DNA of 64,000 bases from Octopus vulgaris (Eukaryota), in contig OX597838.1 of assembly GCA_951406725.2 (NCBI GenBank), forward strand, positions 372,001-436,000, given 5' to 3'. The position numbers were made by a program, and so were the translations under genes. The notes beneath the pieces are model-generated. The model made no database searches and was not told the DNA's origin. It saw only the letters and a list, made by a program, of their open reading frames with translations. Positions within the stretch are counted from its first letter, which is position 1, and each line of letters opens with the position of its first letter. Below are positions 61,318 to 64,000 of the stretch, one piece after another.

Positions 61318-61466
61318 CATACAAGTGCTGGCACCGCCATAGTTGAAATCACCTCCACAAATATGTTGATCTGTGAGAGAGGCATAGGACATTCTCGATT
61401 TGCAGACACTGTGAGCAACAACTGGCATCGATACATGTCGAAGTTCGACAGTCGAACTCTCATCCA
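61318..61466 (-). CDS. S1 serine protease 2, penultimate exon (Ser189, chymotrypsin-like)
   Basis: DESSTVELRHVSMPVVAHSVCKSRMSYASLTDQHICGGDFNYGGASTCM; same intron phases as protease 1. Confidence 0.92.
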
Positions 61467-62119
61467 CTGAAATTAGAAAAAGAAAAAAAAACAAAAACTT
61501 GAATTGGCTTTATTGAAGTAATTTTTAGTTCTACTGGACATTAAAAGAAGCTGCTATTTCACTGGAAATCTTAAAATTCTCAGCCATCATCATTTTACTC
61601 TATCATTTTTACCTTTTATTTCTATTTCTTTCTTTCTTTCTTTCTCACTGTGTGTAATTATGCACAACCACAGACCACATCCATAGGCACTACATTTTCA
61701 GAACTCATTGGCTGAACCCTGGCCTGTTGAACTTTTCACGTTCAGTCGTTTCAATAGAAGTGCATCTTAGAAAATTAGAATATTTTAGTAAAAAAGGGAT
61801 ATTCATTATTTTTCTTTACAGTACCAGTGATAGTAGGCTTTCGTATCAGTCTGTGAAGAATTTTTCCAATTCCTGCAATGATTCCTATTGATTAAACTAC
61901 AAAAAAAATAAATATGTGAATCTTGCTTATTTCAAAATATAATAATATTGTCTGAGCCCCAAAATATTTTCTGTACAGCAGATTAACAATTCATTATGCT
62001 CATTAATTAAGTTAGATTTATAATAGAGAATTTCTAGTGCCTCTGCTGACCACAAATTACAGCTACCCACCCTCTTTTAAAGAAGAGCACTACATATAAT
62101 ATGGTGTGAAATGGTGTAA

Positions 62120-62360
62120 TTTATATCCCTTCCTTCGAAGTTTCAGATGAACTTAGCCAACGAAATGCATTTGTTAAAATTTCTTTTGTATTTAGGATAA
62201 TGAATGTGATTATGTATCTGGTCTTAAATTTCGAAGCGGTATCATTTTTGTAATAAGAGACACTCTCAAGTTTTTTGACCGAGCAGTTATATATTAGATT
62301 ATTTTTCAGATATTGGTCATCTAAAGGGCATTTGTCTCGGTTACTACAGTTATACATTCT
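62120..62360 (-). mobile_element. Penelope-like element GIY-YIG region fragment
   Basis: NCSNRDKCPLDDQYLKNNLIY...KFKTRY resembles the PLE CNC..CPL..IY..FKxRY pattern. Confidence 0.6.
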
Positions 62361-63246
62361 TTTAGGTATGTAAAGATAAGATTTATTCTATTAGTGTTAA
62401 TATTATTGCTCAGAGCCAATACCATATATCACCATCACAGTTTCATGTACTAGACTGATGTGTATTATTTATGACTGACCCAGTCTAGTACATACAAATT
62501 ACTCATTTTCTAATTCTTATTATTTACTTTAACCCTTAACAATTGCAACTTATTTAATTCAATTTAATTTACTTGAATGGACTACAGAGGTGGACATTTA
62601 ACTTATAATTTTACATACATTTATTATACACCCAGTAAAACTTTACCTGCTCTTTCTTCTTTAAGTTACTTTCAAATCTCTTCTCTGTCTTGCTTAAAAA
62701 AAGGAATCAGTTATATACTTGCTGATATCCTGACCTCTCAGGATGTGAATTTGGCAAGTTTGCACTAAAAGAAAGTAATTTGATATCTCAATTATGTACA
62801 ACGTTCATCTCCTGAATTATTCTGGAAGGGCAATTTTTGATGTTCATATCTTTAAAACTGTGTTACCCATTGCCTCCAGTTTATATGTTTGCCTACAATA
62901 ATACTTTAGGGTCTGATGAGAATGACTGAGAGTTAATTAATTAATTGATCGATTACACATACAAACTAATATACAGAGATGAAACAATTCCGCTACCCAC
63001 CCGAAAAGATCGTTATCTTTCAATAATCTTAACTTTTGTTTTGTCTGATTGTTATTATACTCTGCGATAAATGCACCAAAAATTAAAAGGTAAATAACCT
63101 CGAATTTACAGTTTGTTTGACTCGTCTGGTAGAGTTAACCAATTGTGATTCTTATATTCCTGACGTGACTTTCTGTTGGTCAGGTGTTATCAGATGAAGT
63201 GTTGACTGAGGTATTCGACTGGATTTCTTCAATCCTTATTTTCCAC

Positions 63247-63291
<45 letters not shown>

Positions 63292-64000
63292 AGAGTTTAC
63301 GAAAAAAAACAACAAAAGACGAAGACAGGTGGTGTACAAAACAAACAGACGTATTAGTATAATGCTCAGGAATAGAAAAAGTCTTTTACGTTTCGAGCCT
63401 ACGCTCTTCTACAGAAAGGGACACAGAAAAAAACCAAGGAGAGAAAAAAATATATATATATATATATATCGTTTTTAGATTTGGTTTGCAAGATTCTTTA
63501 TGTGAGTTCGTGTGTTGAAGCATATTCTGTTGTGTCTGGGGAGAGTCATTTTCTTTTTGTGCCTCATAATTTAACACACTCACCGGTAAAATCTCCACTG
63601 ATTTCTTATTTTTATTTTCCTAAAACTTTCGTTGCATCTTGCAATACATATACATACATGTATGTATGTATGTATGTATGTATGTATGTATGTATGTATG
63701 TATGTATGTATGTATAGGACAAAACTCCCCTCTGGACGATGTGAATGAGAGGAAGACCATGAAGAAATTTCTGAATGGTTCCAGAAAATGAACTTTAAAG
63801 GAACCTCAACGCTTAATGAGCTTTTCAATATTGTGTTTCATTTAGTTTTTCAAAGATGCGTATGATGTTCTTTTTATTATTTTTGTGATTGGGGTTATTA
63901 CATAATAAATGTAATATTTTACATCTCAGAGAAGTGTTGTTTATAAGCTACAAATAAGAAGAATAAACATTATCGGTTAAGAATTGCTTGTTTTTTGTCT

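Noticed and set aside
61470-64000. Upstream exons of protease 2
   Set aside because: No GWG, DIA or TAAHC exon found on the minus strand; presumably beyond the window

Overview
AT-rich, repeat-dense eukaryotic genomic DNA. The repeat content (RTE-LINE tails ending in (GAT)n, Meta- and CORE-type SINEs, long TA/TATG microsatellites) suggests an octopus/coleoid genome (inference). By manual GT-AG splicing I reconstruct four genes. (1) A complete 12-coding-exon POT1 on the minus strand (23082..56, about 553 aa) whose C-terminal OB3 appears to lack the HJRL insertion of vertebrate POT1. (2) A 5-exon NSL1-like MIS12-complex gene on the plus strand (29144..39491, about 257 aa), head-to-head with POT1, with NRF1/CHR/YY1 motifs at its start. 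(3) A complete 6-exon secreted S1 serine protease (43211..52553, about 259 aa) with an unusual His189 pocket and a Gln-Ile activation site. (4) The last two exons of a convergent chymotrypsin-like paralogue. Introns and intergenic DNA hold RTE, R4/Dong-like, CRE-like, CR1/Jockey-like and Penelope-like fragments, a decayed hAT transposase, and two GG...CC/8-bp-TSD (Merlin-like) MITE families. One MITE family carries telomere-like repeats and clusters upstream of POT1. There are also minisatellites and TA-flanked foldback elements with hammerhead-like cores. Nearly all ORF-track entries are spurious or repeat-derived. Comparisons to human proteins are from memory, not from an alignment.
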